This document shows, piece after piece, positions 1-10,687 of a stretch of 64,000 bases of DNA. The notes under the pieces are model-generated. The model worked only from the letters and a program-made list of their open reading frames with translations, did no database searches and was not told the DNA's origin. Position numbers and translations under genes: made by a program. Source of the DNA: Opitutales bacterium (GTDB taxonomy: Bacteria > Verrucomicrobiota > Verrucomicrobiia > Opitutales > UBA2987); contig CBDDEL010000013.1 of the NCBI GenBank assembly GCA_965226885.1, positions 1 through 64,000 on the forward strand, given 5' to 3'. The stretch's first letter is position 1, and every line of letters starts with the position of its first letter.

Positions 1-707
1 TTCGCGTTGGGCCGGGCGGGCAGACAGAAGTGTTCCTCGAACAGGTAATGGCTCTGTAGCTGCAGAAACCCGTCGGTCAGCTTGCGTTCACGCGAACCGA
101 TAATCTTACCCACCGCCACCTTCGAGTTGTCATAGCTGATGCGCCGGGGCACCGCCCCGAAAAACTCAAAAGCTCGCAGGTGCCCCTCCCAGAAGCTCTC
201 CGTGCACTCCCGTTCGAACACCTGCACGAAAAAGGCATCGCTGTAGGGCAGGCTCATGGCAAAAAATGGCCGCCTACGCAATTGCCCCGCCTCCTTCACC
301 AGGGCATGACCGAAGTCCACCTGTCCCTCCCCGGGGCGGTGCTCCAGCGGCACGAACACTTCCCGCCGCCTCGCTCGCAGCTCGGCCACCACCTCCTTGA
401 CCGCCGTGTAGCCCCCTTGGTAGCCCTTCTCCCGACCCAAACGCTGGTAGATCCGTTTGGCCGTATGGCGCTGCTTCTTGGGCACGTTCCGGTCCGCTTT
501 GAGCACCTCCTCGATCCAGCCCACATACGGATCGATCTTGCGCTCTCGCCTCTTCTTGCGCCGGTCTCCCGGCGGCTGGGAATAGGCCAGCATCTTTCCC
601 AGGGTCTCCCAGTGCAGTCCCTCTTCTCGCATTACAGAGCGCTTGCTCTGCTTGTCCCGCAGCACTTTGTGCCGCACTCTTGTCCATTGCTTCATATCTC
701 GATACAC
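1..707 (-). CDS. istA: IS21 transposase IstA, N-terminal part
   Basis: GTG start after AGGAGGA; same sequence as 45724 onward (KKQRHTAKRI, QVDFG, ISYDN); not in ORF track because it runs off the window. Confidence 0.92.
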   Translation of the reverse strand, partial: MYRDMKQWTRVRHKVLRDKQSKRSVMREEGLHWETLGKMLAYSQPPGDRRKKRRERKIDPYVGWIEEVLKADRNVPKKQRHTAKRIYQRLGREKGYQGGYTAVKEVVAELRARRREVFVPLEHRPGEGQVDFGHALVKEAGQLRRRPFFAMSLPYSDAFFVQVFERECTESFWEGHLRAFEFFGAVPRRISYDNSKVAVGKIIGSRERKLTDGFLQLQSHYLFEEHFCLPARPNA

Positions 708-781
708 TCCTCCTTTCTAGGATAAGCGTACCGGTTTTAAAGCGCCCTCTTTACCGTACCGGTTTTTCCCCGGCGTTTACA
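1..781 (-). mobile_element. IS21-family element, copy 1 (left end; runs off window), inserted in an IS1380 left end
   Basis: Reverse complement of left IR TGTAAACGCCGGGGAAAAACCGGTACGG ends at 781; near-identical to copies at 7244 and 45650. Confidence 0.95.
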
Positions 782-811
782 CAACGATACTTTTTTTACG
801 AAATATCCGGG
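782..811 (-). mobile_element. IS1380 left-end stub (30 bp)
   Basis: Reverse complement of CCCGGATATTTCGTAAAAAAAGTATCGTTG, followed by target TTAG (812-815) inside the ISNCY transposase gene. Confidence 0.93.
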
Positions 812-1329
812 TTAGCCTCCAAACAGGTGCCGTCGATCAGGCAAATGGTGGTGTCAATCGGCTTGTCCAATCCCACCTGCCGGGCCAGAAGGGCATCGCC
901 CACCACCTCAGTCAAGGTCCGGTGCAAGGCCCTCAACTGCTCTTCGCTGAAAAACTTCGAGGCCCGCTCCAGGGTGCTTTTGGAGATGCCCCTGATGCCA
1001 TCGATCTGCCGGACACGGCAAAAGTCGGCCAACAGATCGCTGCTGCCCAGAGCCCGCGACAAATGCCGAAACGAAATCCCTCCGAGCAGACGGCCCAGCG
1101 TATCCATGCGCAGTGCCTTGATGGCAAAACTGGCCCGCTGCCGCCGGGCCTTTAGACCCATTGGCTGCCACCCCTCCAAGGCCAGCTCAATGGCCTGCGA
1201 TTCCACCTCCGAGTCGATCAGCAGCCGATCGATTCGATCAATGGTGGCGCGGAAGTTATCGTAATCGAGGCACCGGTCGACCACAGTTAAAGCTGGACGC
1301 AGGAGGCATTGGATGGCTATATTTTTCAT
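812..1329 (-). pseudogene. ISNCY/IS5-like transposase, 5' fragment
   Basis: Matches the first ~173 aa of the 493-aa transposase at 12086-13567; cut at CLEAN by IS1380. Confidence 0.9.
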
Positions 1330-1469
1330 AGAAAGGGCTATATTGATTTTCGCTAACTCAATTATAGAACCCTTTTTTGGCCGGATCGAGCAAAAACTTG
1401 CTCTTTCCGGCTCTTTTTATCAACGTCATCCAGTTGACTATAAAATCTTTATATTTTTGGGACAGCCTC
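812..1469 (-). mobile_element. ISNCY/IS5-like element, copy 1 (left part), interrupted by IS1380
   Basis: Terminal IR TTTTGGGACAGCCTC ends at 1469; near-identical to 13050-13707. Confidence 0.9.
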
Positions 1470-1552
1470 TACAATAGTGGATTGGTCAACGCCCACTCCT
1501 GCCGCCTGTTTTACCGACCTTTGGCCCGGAGATGCTGCCCATTGACAACTAA

Positions 1553-3118
1553 CCCGGATATTTCATGAAGGGTAAAGTTTGGCTCGTTATTGCTATTGGA
1601 GATGGATTTCTTTGTATTTTGGGCGGATCGTCTTGATTTTGAGGTGTTTTTCAGGGTGTAGAGACACTTCCCCCTTTCCCCCATTGGTTCGGTAGCGCCG
1701 GGGGCAGCGCCAATGCGCCCTTTAGGTTGGCACCAACCGGCGGGCCGCATGGTTGAAAAGACTGGCCCATGGATAACTTTCACTTAGATGAAAGTGAATC
1801 GTTCGGGTGTTGCGCACGATTACCGCTCCGATCTTGATTAATTTTAGCCGTAGACTGTGGCATTGGAGCCGCGCCCACTTCGTCCCTTTTAATGCGAACC
1901 GGCGCAAGGCTTCCATCAAGGTGTAGGCCAGCCCCGACAAGAGCAATCGCCACTGGTTGGCCCACCATTTATGCGCGCTGGTGCGTTCGCTGAACAATTG
2001 CATCTGTTCCTTGATCCGGTTCTCCATCTCACCGCGGCCACAGTATACTTTGTCGTAAAGCTCTTGGGGATCGCCCTGCAGGTTCGTCACCACGAAGCGC
2101 GGGTTGGACCCCTGTGCGGTGTGTTCGGCTTTGTGGATGATAAGGCGTTGCCGCCGCCACGATTTTGCCCCATACTCGAAGTGCTGAAACAGCCGTTGCT
2201 TTTTGCCGCTACCCTCGAACCATTGTTTGGCTTGCTCCTGCAACTGCCGGGCCGCTTGCTGCAAGCGTGCATGGCGGGCCGTTCCCACTATAAAATAAAC
2301 CTCGTTGCGCTCGCACCACGAGAGAATCCGATCCCGGCAGAATCCGCTGTCGGCACGCCAAATAATCCGCGTATGGGGCCAGCTTTGGCGAATCCGTTTA
2401 ACCAGCAATTTGAGGATGGCCCCGGCATGCTTGCTCGCATCGATCTTGCTGGGCCGCAGGTAGGCCACCAGAAGCTGATCGCCGCAAAAAACATACAGCG
2501 CAAAAAACAGTAATGATCATAATAACCGTGGAAAAAACGTCCCTCCTGGAGCCCGTGCACCGGATTGTCGGTGGCGTCAAAGTACAGGATGATCTCTTCG
2601 GGTTCCTCGGCAAAGGATCCGATGAACTGTTCGACCAGCAACTCGTTCAGGGCAAAGGCTGCCCGCCGATCCTGCCCGTTCTCAAAACGACACAAAGTCG
2701 GCGCGCTGGCCAACGCTTCAGTGCGCCCCGTTACCGTTTGCAACAAAGGATCGCGGCGCAGGGTGTCAAAGTCGTTCAAATCCTCATAGCCCGCCACCAG
2801 CCCGTAAACGCGCTGCCGGATCATGGCCAGCATCTCATGGCGCACTTTGCCCTTCTGCCGTTTGTCTACTAATTGCCGGGCCGCTTGCTCGGTCAAGCCC
2901 AACCGCCGATCCACTTCCCGGATCAAAAGCAGCCCGGCATCCGAAGTAACCTCACCGCCCTTAAAATCAACCCGCACACGGCGGCCTTTTACCCTTGTCA
3001 ACTGTAGTTCTAATTGTTTACTTTTTGTCATCGCTGATATTGCTTTAATGTTTAATCTATCCTGCTGTATATCAGCAGATAAGCATATCAGCGATACTTT
3101 TTTTATGAAATTTTCGGG
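1553..3118 (-). mobile_element. IS1380-family element, divergent isoform
   Basis: Ends CCCGGATATTTC and GAAATTTTCGGG; 4-bp TSD CTAA at 1549-1552 and 3119-3122. Confidence 0.93.
1722..3031 (-). pseudogene. IS1380 transposase, frameshifted near 2500
   Basis: Split into ORFs 2288-3031 and 1722-2468; one base missing relative to the intact copies in the YCFLPLY codons (could be a sequencing error). Confidence 0.85.
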
Positions 3119-3153
3119 CTAACCAATTAACTAAAAAATTTAAAAACATTGAG

Positions 3154-3183
3154 TTGACAATTCAGACGCCCATCAGGTATATT
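3154..3183 (+). promoter_or_regulatory. Sigma70-type promoter of the TIGR02597-like/PEP-CTERM pair
   Basis: TTGACA (3154-3159), 18-bp spacer, TATATT (3178-3183), with an A-rich tract upstream. Confidence 0.6.
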
Positions 3184-3195
3184 AAAGCAACCTTG

Positions 3196-3227
3196 ATCTG
3201 AGGACTCCTATATCTGAGGACTCCTAT
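3196..3227 (+). repeat. 16-bp perfect tandem duplication spanning RBS and start
   Basis: ATCTGAGGACTCCTAT x2. Confidence 0.95.
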
Positions 3228-4236
3228 GAAAACGCTTAGAATTCCCCTTTTAACCACCATTACGGCCCTCGGCCTACTACTCTCCGCTTCCACCACCCAG
3301 GCCATCGACTGCCCCGAAGGAGCCGCCTGCACCGACCCCGTCGGGTTTGTGACTCTGACGGCGGATCCCAGCGATGACGGGGTAACTAGAAAGCTTTCTT
3401 TGCTCGGCCTCGGCCTATTTAATGCTATTGAATTTCAAGGACCTGTCGACACGGTCAACGGCACAGTATTGGGTGTAAGTGGAATCGCAGCCAGCCAATT
3501 TGATGAATTTTATTTTGTGCAAATTGCCAGTGGCGATAATTCGGGTATAATGGTTGATATTGTAAGTACGGCCAGCGATTCTATTACATTGGCTCAGGAT
3601 ATATCACCATTGATTGCCATCAATGATATCATTAAAATCCGCAAACACCATACCGTGGACTCAGTTTTTGGGGCAAATAACGAATTTGGCCTTTTAGGGA
3701 GCTTTTTTATAACCACTTCTGATACAATTCAGTTTTTTGACGCTCAGGGAAGTACTACAATATTTTTCCAAGATTTTGGTTCATTTGGTTTTTGGACCGA
3801 TGGAGGAGATCCTGTGGGAGACATGATCATTTATCCAGATCAAGGCTTTGTTATTCGTAGAATAGGAACCAGTGTCGCCAGCACAAAACTTCTAGGTTCT
3901 GCCAATACGGATGCAACAGCGATCACAATTGAGAACGGGTTTAATATTATATCAAATGTTTTCCCTGTGGATACGACATTAGGCAACTCAGGACTTAATA
4001 CTCAGGATGGTGGTGAAAGTGGACTATTGGCGAGTTTTTTCATTACTACCGCGGATAATGTACGAATTTTTGATGATCAAGGTATTTTGCAAACATACTT
4101 CCTTCAATTCGAATCTGCAAATTATTGGACAAGAGGAAATGATGATGTAACTAACGTAATAATTAAAGCGGGTAGTTCATTCTTGGTGATCAGAAGGGGC
4201 GATAGTTTTAATTGGTTTCAACCGCCTACTTTTTAG
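3226..4236 (+). CDS. TIGR02597-family-like secreted protein (336 aa)
   Basis: Signal peptide, TDPVGFVTL motif, C-terminal WFQPPTF, adjacent PEP-CTERM gene; family recognised by motif. Confidence 0.75.
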   Translation: MKTLRIPLLTTITALGLLLSASTTQAIDCPEGAACTDPVGFVTLTADPSDDGVTRKLSLLGLGLFNAIEFQGPVDTVNGTVLGVSGIAASQFDEFYFVQIASGDNSGIMVDIVSTASDSITLAQDISPLIAINDIIKIRKHHTVDSVFGANNEFGLLGSFFITTSDTIQFFDAQGSTTIFFQDFGSFGFWTDGGDPVGDMIIYPDQGFVIRRIGTSVASTKLLGSANTDATAITIENGFNIISNVFPVDTTLGNSGLNTQDGGESGLLASFFITTADNVRIFDDQGILQTYFLQFESANYWTRGNDDVTNVIIKAGSSFLVIRRGDSFNWFQPPTF

Positions 4237-4646
4237 ATTCCCTATATTCTATTATCACTATATTTTTACTAATTCAAATAAAGATTAATTAAATGAAGCG
4301 TTTATTAATAATTTTAATCAGTTTAATATCATATACTCATTTTTTAGATGCATTCACGATCAATTTTGTAGTCTCTTCTGGCAGTGATTTTCAAACATCA
4401 GATCAGGTTTCTACTAATGGAATTAATGTAAGTATAATAACTTTCAATTCATTTACTCCAGTCGCTGGTGAAATAACCTTTCAAGATATTATTGATAATT
4501 CAACTGTGTTAGTAGAAGATGATACTATTACCACTTCGAACCCCGGATTTACAGTTGATGGAACCGTTGTTTTAGGTAGTGCAAACATAACAGGTATTGA
4601 AGGAACCGAGTTATATGCCTTTGCTAACTTTAATAACCAAGAGTTT

Positions 4647-5971
4647 TGATGTGCACTGGAAAAAGTGGACACGAGATTCTCCTAAATGGAGAATCGAAGC
4701 ATGGGAAGAAGACGCAGTATAGAGTTCAAAAATGAGGCAGTTCAACTGATGATACTCGATGGTCTGAGCGCCACCGAGGTATCGACCAAACTTGGGGTCA
4801 ACACCAACCAATTGTATAGGTGGAAGAGGCTCTATCTGGACGATCAGCAGGGCGAAGCCACCTCAAAGCGACAGAGCAGTCCGAAGGAGATGGCGGCCGA
4901 GATAGATCGTCTTCGCAAAGAGCTGCGCCGCTCGGAGCGGATCAACCAGATACTAAAAAAAACGGTGGGCTACTTTGCCAAGGACGAACAATGAAGTACC
5001 AGTTTGTCAAAGACAACGAGGGGCGCTTCAAGATCGAGGAAATATGCTCGGCGATGGGGATTTGTCGCAGTGGCTATTACTGCTGGAGGCACCGAGCGCC
5101 CTCGGCCCGGCGGATCGAGGACGAGGGAATCAAGGGGGCGATCCTGAAGGTACACAAAGAGGCCAAGGGCCGCTATGGGCATCGGCCAATGCACCGCCAT
5201 CTGAAGGATGATGAGGGCATCGATTGCGGCCGTGACCGGGCTCTGCGTCTGATGCGTGAAATGGGAATCAAAAGCACCCAGAGTAAACGCTTTAAGCCAT
5301 TAAGAACCAACAGTAACCATCCCTATGGTTACAGCCCCAATGTGCTTAAAAAGCATGGCCAGCCGACCCATATCGACGAGGTCTGGGTGGCGGACACGAC
5401 CTACCTACGGACCCTGGCCGGTTGGATGTACTTGGCCACGGTGATGGACCTGTTCAGCCGACGCCTGCTGGGCTGGAGCGTTTCCAACCACAACGACGCG
5501 AAGCTGGTTGGCAAGGCCCTCAAAGCCGCGGCCATGACCCGCGGCACACTGCGCACCGGGATTATTCATCACAGCGATCGGGGCAGCCCCTACGCCAGCG
5601 ACGACTATCAGAGGCTGGTCTCTGAACTAGGCATGAAGCCGAGCATGAGCGCCCAAGGCAACTGCTACGACAACGCGGCCATGGAATCGTTCTACGGCCG
5701 CTTCAAGACCAGCACGATTCGAGGCCGCCACTTTGCCGACGAGCGCGAACTGCGATCAACTGTCTTCGAATACGTGGAAATCTTCTACAACCGATATCGC
5801 AAACATTCCTCTCTGAGTTACCAAAGCCCAGTCCAATTCGAGGAAAATATTTGCCCCCCATGGGGGGCAACGAGAAAACAAAACCCTTTACCAAAACAAG
5901 CCGCCTGACACACTAATCAATAAACAATGAATATAAGAGAATCCCGTGTCCAACAAATCCAGTACACGTCA
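4647..5971 (+). mobile_element. IS3-family element A
   Basis: IRs TGATGTGCACTGGAAAAAGTGGACACG and CGTGTCCAACAAATCCAGTACACGTCA; 3-bp TSD TTT. Confidence 0.95.
4686..5908 (+). CDS. IS3-family transposase OrfAB (-1 frameshift)
   Basis: orfA 4686-4994; A8C slippery run near 4955-4963; orfB in -1 frame with WVADTTY, HSDRG, NAAMES DDE motifs. Confidence 0.92.
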
Positions 5972-6219
5972 TTTGGATTATGGAGAGATACCAGTGGTTC
6001 AACTGATTGGCTTGCAGGAAATGAAGGTGATCTCACACAAGTGGTGTTAGATCCTTTGTCTGAGTATACAAGTTTTGCAGGTTCATCAATTGCCTATACG
6101 TTCAGCTTCAATGTAGGGACAATAATTGAATTACCTGCCAGACACTTTGTTCTTGAGGCGGTGCCGGAGCCTTCTACTTAGAGGCTGTCCCAAAAGGGTG
6201 ATTTTTGCGAGGGCTTTTG

Positions 6220-7015
6220 GGTAGTGTTAACATTTTGAATGTTTAAGCTGTACTTTTTAGCGTGATTATGTTGTGAACTGGGAATGGTCCATATCACAGT
6301 AAAATGTCCTCAATGCGGAAGCGATCACATCATCAAGCACGGCAAGGATCCGAAAGGGGTTCAGAAGTATCGATGCAAGGGGTGTGGTTATCAGTTTCGG
6401 CTTCACCCCAAAAGTCGTGAGCATCCTCCGGCGCTGGTCAAGCAGGTGCTCCGTGCGCACCAAAACCGGATGAGCCTGCGTGCCATTTACCGTACCTTCG
6501 GGGTAGCCCCAAAGACGGTCATCGAATGGATTAAAAAAAAGTCCTGAGTTTGCCGAAGCTGGAGTCCACTCTGCTTGCCCGCCAGTGTAGTGATGTGCTG
6601 GAACTGGACGAGGTGTGGTCATTCTGGGGCGATAAGCGTTCGGGGCAGGTATGGCTATGGGTAGCCTTGTGTCGACGTACCCGACAGGTCGTCGGGTTTT
6701 CTCTGGGTGATCGTAGCGATCAAACGTGCTGGCAGTTGTATCACAACATCGCCCAGCCCTATCGCGACTGTGCCACCGTAAGCGATTACTGGGAAAGCTA
6801 CGACAAGGTTTTCCCTCACAACAGCGCCAGCGGGAAACAATCCGGCCAAACCGCCCATATCGAACGCTGGAACAATACCTTGCGACAGTCCCTGTCACGC
6901 TATGTGCGTAAAACGCTGTCATTCTCGAAGTCTTTGGTCATGCATTTTCGCGTCCTGTGCTTGTTCATCTGGGAATACAACAGCAATATCAAACATTCGT
7001 CATGTTAACACTACC
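6220..7015 (+). mobile_element. IS1-family element B, copy 1
   Basis: Ends GGTAGTGTTAACA and TGTTAACACTACC; 8-bp TSD GGCTTTTG. Confidence 0.95.
6284..7008 (+). CDS. IS1 transposase InsAB (-1 frameshift at A8G)
   Basis: Zinc finger CPQC...CKGC plus HTH; -1 frame ELDEVW...SDYW...HIERWN. Confidence 0.92.
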
Positions 7016-7786
7016 GGCTTTTGATAGGCGCTCATTTTAGAGGTATTTGCATTTGGGAGAGTATCAACTTTGCTCTCCTATGACGTTAGGATACTGGTTT
7101 TGGGGTCCGGTTGCCTGGTTTTCTTTGTATGAGCCGACAGTAAGGCTGTGAAAAAGTATTGTCCTTGCTTTTCCGCTCTCTAGCCCGGATATTTCATGAA
7201 GGGTAAAGTTTGGCTCGTTATTGCTATTGGAGATGGATTTCTTTGTAAACGCCGGGGAAAAACCGGTACGGTAAAGAGGGCGCTTTAAAACCGGTACGCT
7301 TATCCTAGAAAGGAGGAGTGTATCGAGATATGAAGCAATGGACAAGAGTGCGGCACAAAGTGCTGCGGGACAAGCAGAGCAAGCGCTCTGTAATGCGAGA
7401 AGAGGGACTGCACTGGGAGACCCTGGGAAAGATGCTGGCCTATTCCCAGCCGCCGGGATACCGGCGCAAGAAGAGGCGAGAGCGCAAGATCGATCCGTAT
7501 GTGGGCTGGATCGAGGAGGTGCTCAAAGCGGACCGGAACGTGCCCAAGAAGCAGCGCCATACGGCCAAACGGATCTACCAGCGTTTGGGTCGGGAGAAGG
7601 GCTACCAAGGGGGCTACACGGCGGTCAAGGAGGTGGTGGCCGAGCTGCGAGCGAGGCGGCGGGAAGTGTTCGTGCCGCTGGAGCACCGCCCCGGGGAGGG
7701 ACAGGTGGACTTCGGTCATGCCCTGGTGAAGGAGGCGGGGCAATTGCGTAGGCGGCCATTTTTTGCCATGAGCCTGCCCTACAGCG

Positions 7787-8588
7787 GGTAGTGTATAAAA
7801 AAAGAATGTTATTTTGTATTTTTAGCTGTACAAATAGCGTTAGGCAGTTTATTCTTAGTGCATGGTTACTAAAATTATTAATTGTCGGCACTGTGGAAGT
7901 GCAAATATCATTAAATTTGGCAAGACGCCCAACCATAAACAGCGCTACCGCTGCCATGATTGTGGTAAACAAAGCCGCGAAAACCCCACAGTGAAATACA
8001 CCGAAGAGCAAAAAGAAATGATCCTTCGAGTCTATCAGGAACGCAGCAGTCTACGCGGTTTACAGCGCGCCTTCGGGGTGAGTCCCAACACCGTTTTGAG
8101 TTGGTTAAAAAAAACGACAATCGCTGCGACCGCTCAAAAGCACGATTCTTGCGGCCCGCCGCCATGATGTCATTGAACTGGACGAACTGTGGTCTTTTGT
8201 GGGGCGCAAGAGCGATGCCCAATGGGTTTGGATCGCTCTTTGCCGACGCACCCGTCAAATCCTCTCCTATGCCATTGGGCCTCGGGATTGGTATCGTTGC
8301 CGGGAACTTTACGAGCGTCTGCCACGGGCCTACAAAAGATGTGCCACCTACAGCGACTTTTGGAGCACTTATGATGAAGTCTTTCCTCATAACCGATCCG
8401 TGGGAAAAGAAACCGGTGAAACGGCCCATGTGGAACGATGGAACAATACCCTGCGCCAACGACTGGGTCGTTTCACACGCAAAACCCTCTCCTTTTCCAA
8501 GCTTAAGAGTATGCATGAAACCTGTCTGAGACTTTTCATTCATCAATATAATCAAGAATTAGCCACCATTCCTACTTAATACACTACC
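7787..8588 (+). mobile_element. IS1-family element A, copy 1
   Basis: Ends GGTAGTGTAT and ATACACTACC; 8-bp TSD CTACAGCG. Confidence 0.95.
7862..8579 (+). CDS. IS1 transposase InsAB (insB in +1 frame)
   Basis: Zinc finger CRHC...CHDC; ELDELW, SDFW, HVERWN motifs; A8 run at 8107-8114. Confidence 0.85.
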
Positions 8589-9629
8589 CTACAGCGATGC
8601 CTTTTTCGTGCAGGTGTTCGAACGGGAGTGCACGGAGAGCTTCTGGGAGGGGCACCTGCGAGCTTTTGAGTTTTTCGGGGCGGTGCCCCGGCGCATCAGC
8701 TATGACAACTCGAAGGTGGCGGTGGGTAAGATTATCGGTTCGCGTGAACGCAAGCTGACCGACGGGTTTCTGCAGCTACAGAGCCATTACCTGTTCGAGG
8801 AACACTTCTGTCTGCCCGCCCGGCCCAACGAGAAGGGCGTGGTCGAGGGGATCGTGCGTTATGCCCGGGCCAACTTCCTGGTACCGGTACCGCAGGTTCG
8901 GGACCTGGAGGAACTCAACGCAAAGCTGTTGGAGGCATGTGAGCGGGACATGGAGCGTAAATTACGCGGGAAAAGGGCGGTGAAAAAGGAACTGCTGGCC
9001 GAGGAGCGCGCCGTCATGCTGGCGTTGCCGCCCATACCCTTTGAAGCGAGCCGCAAACGCTCGACCTGCGTCAGCAGCCTCTCGCTGGTGCGCTTCGAGT
9101 GCAACGACTATTCGGTGCCGGTGCGCTGCGCCCACCATCCGGTGGTGGTGGAAGGGTCCTGTCGGCAGGTGGTGATCTTCTGTGGGGGCCAAGAGGTGGC
9201 CCGGCACCGCCGCATTTGGGATAAAGAGCAAGTCTCTTTCGAGCCGGTGCACTACCTGGCTTTGCTGGAGAAAAAACCGGGCGCTTTGGACTTCGCCCGC
9301 CCACTCTCGGGCTGGCAGTTGCCGCAGTGCCTGCAGGTCCTCAGACGCCGGCTCGAAAGCCAATGCGGGGGCGAAGGCACCCGGGAGTATATCCGGGTGC
9401 TGCGGCTGTTGGAGAAACACCCCATGGTGGCCTTGCAGCAGGCCGTCGTCTCGGCCCTGCGGGTGGGGGGACTGACTCGTGAGGCCATCGCCCAGTATCT
9501 CTATCCTCAGGAAGACTACGGGAGCAGAACCTTCCGGCTGGACGGCCATCCACACCTGCGTCACGTCCGTGTGGCCGCCCCTGACCTCGGTGCCTACAGC
9601 GAACTGCTCAAGATTCCAGGAGGGGCTTT

Positions 9630-10397
9630 ATGAAGGAAGAAAAAAACCAGCTGCTGTTACACCATCACCTCAAGAAACTGAAGTTGCCCACCATCCTGCG
9701 CGAATGGCCGGCGGTGGCCGCGGCTTGTTCCCGGGACCGGCTCGATTACGCCGCCTTTTTGTTGCATCTGGTCGAACGGGAGCTCATTGAACGCGAACAG
9801 CGGGCCGCCCAGCGGCGGATCAAAAACGCCCGTTTCCCCGTGCTCAAGACCCTCGAGAGCTTCGCCTTTGAAGCGCAGCCCTCGATCAACGAAGCGCTCA
9901 TCCGAGAGCTCATGCGCGGGGAGTATGTCGACCAGCGCGAAAACGTGCTGCTCCTCGGTAACGCCGGTACCGGTAAAACGCACCTGGCCACCGCCCTGGG
10001 CTTTGCCGCCTGTGCCCAGGGCCGGCGGATCCGTTTCTTCGGGGTCACCGCCCTGGTTGCCCATATGCTCGAGCAACGCGACAACCACGACCTGCAGCGC
10101 TTCATGAAGCAACTCGAAAGGCTCGACCTACTCATCCTCGACGAACTCGGTTACGTCCCTTTTTCCAAGACCGGTTCCGAACTGCTCTTCGACGTGGTCA
10201 GCCGCGCTTACGAGCGCACCAGTCTCATCGTCACCACCAACCTGCCCTTTGAGAACTGGATCGAAGTGCTCGGTTCCGAACGGCTCACCGGAGCTCTGCT
10301 GGACCGACTCACCCATCGGGTGCATATCCTCGAAGCCAACGGGCAAAGCTACCGCTTGCGCGATGCTCGACGCCGTCGCCGTGGCCCAAAACAATAA
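9630..10397 (+). CDS. istB: IS21 helper ATPase IstB
   Basis: Walker A GNAGTGKT, Walker B LILDELGY, ALLDRL. Confidence 0.95.
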   Translation: MKEEKNQLLLHHHLKKLKLPTILREWPAVAAACSRDRLDYAAFLLHLVERELIEREQRAAQRRIKNARFPVLKTLESFAFEAQPSINEALIRELMRGEYVDQRENVLLLGNAGTGKTHLATALGFAACAQGRRIRFFGVTALVAHMLEQRDNHDLQRFMKQLERLDLLILDELGYVPFSKTGSELLFDVVSRAYERTSLIVTTNLPFENWIEVLGSERLTGALLDRLTHRVHILEANGQSYRLRDARRRRRGPKQ

Positions 10398-10687
10398 ACG
10401 CCTTGGGCCCGGCTCGTCGGCCTCCGGCCTCCTCACCGACCCCAAGCCAATCCCCAAAACCAACTCCCAAACCCTAAACCTTGACGTACCTGCAATTACT
10501 AACCTAAACCTTATTCCAAGCGTACCGGTTTTACCCCGACCCCCGTACCGGTTTCATCCCGGCGTTTACAGATTTCTTTGTATTTTGAGCAGATCATCTT
10601 GATTTTTAGGTGTTTTTCAGGGTGTAGAGACACTGCCCCCTTTCCCCCATTGGTTCGGTAGTGCCGGGGGCAGCACCAATGCACCCT

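Larger units (their letters stand above)
7318..9633 (+). pseudogene. istA: IstA interrupted by IS1-A (501 aa reconstructed)
   Basis: 7318-7786 + 8597-9633 restores LPYS|DAF. Confidence 0.92.
7244..10570 (+). mobile_element. IS21-family element, copy 2 (both ends present, istA interrupted)
   Basis: TGTAAACGCCGGG...CCCGGCGTTTACA, repeated AAACCGGTACG boxes at each end; 8-bp TSD GATTTCTT. Confidence 0.95.

Noticed and set aside
10398..10570. C/A-rich repetitive tract as a separate repeat element
   Set aside because: It is the IS21 right-end region with its normal repeated transposase-binding boxes.
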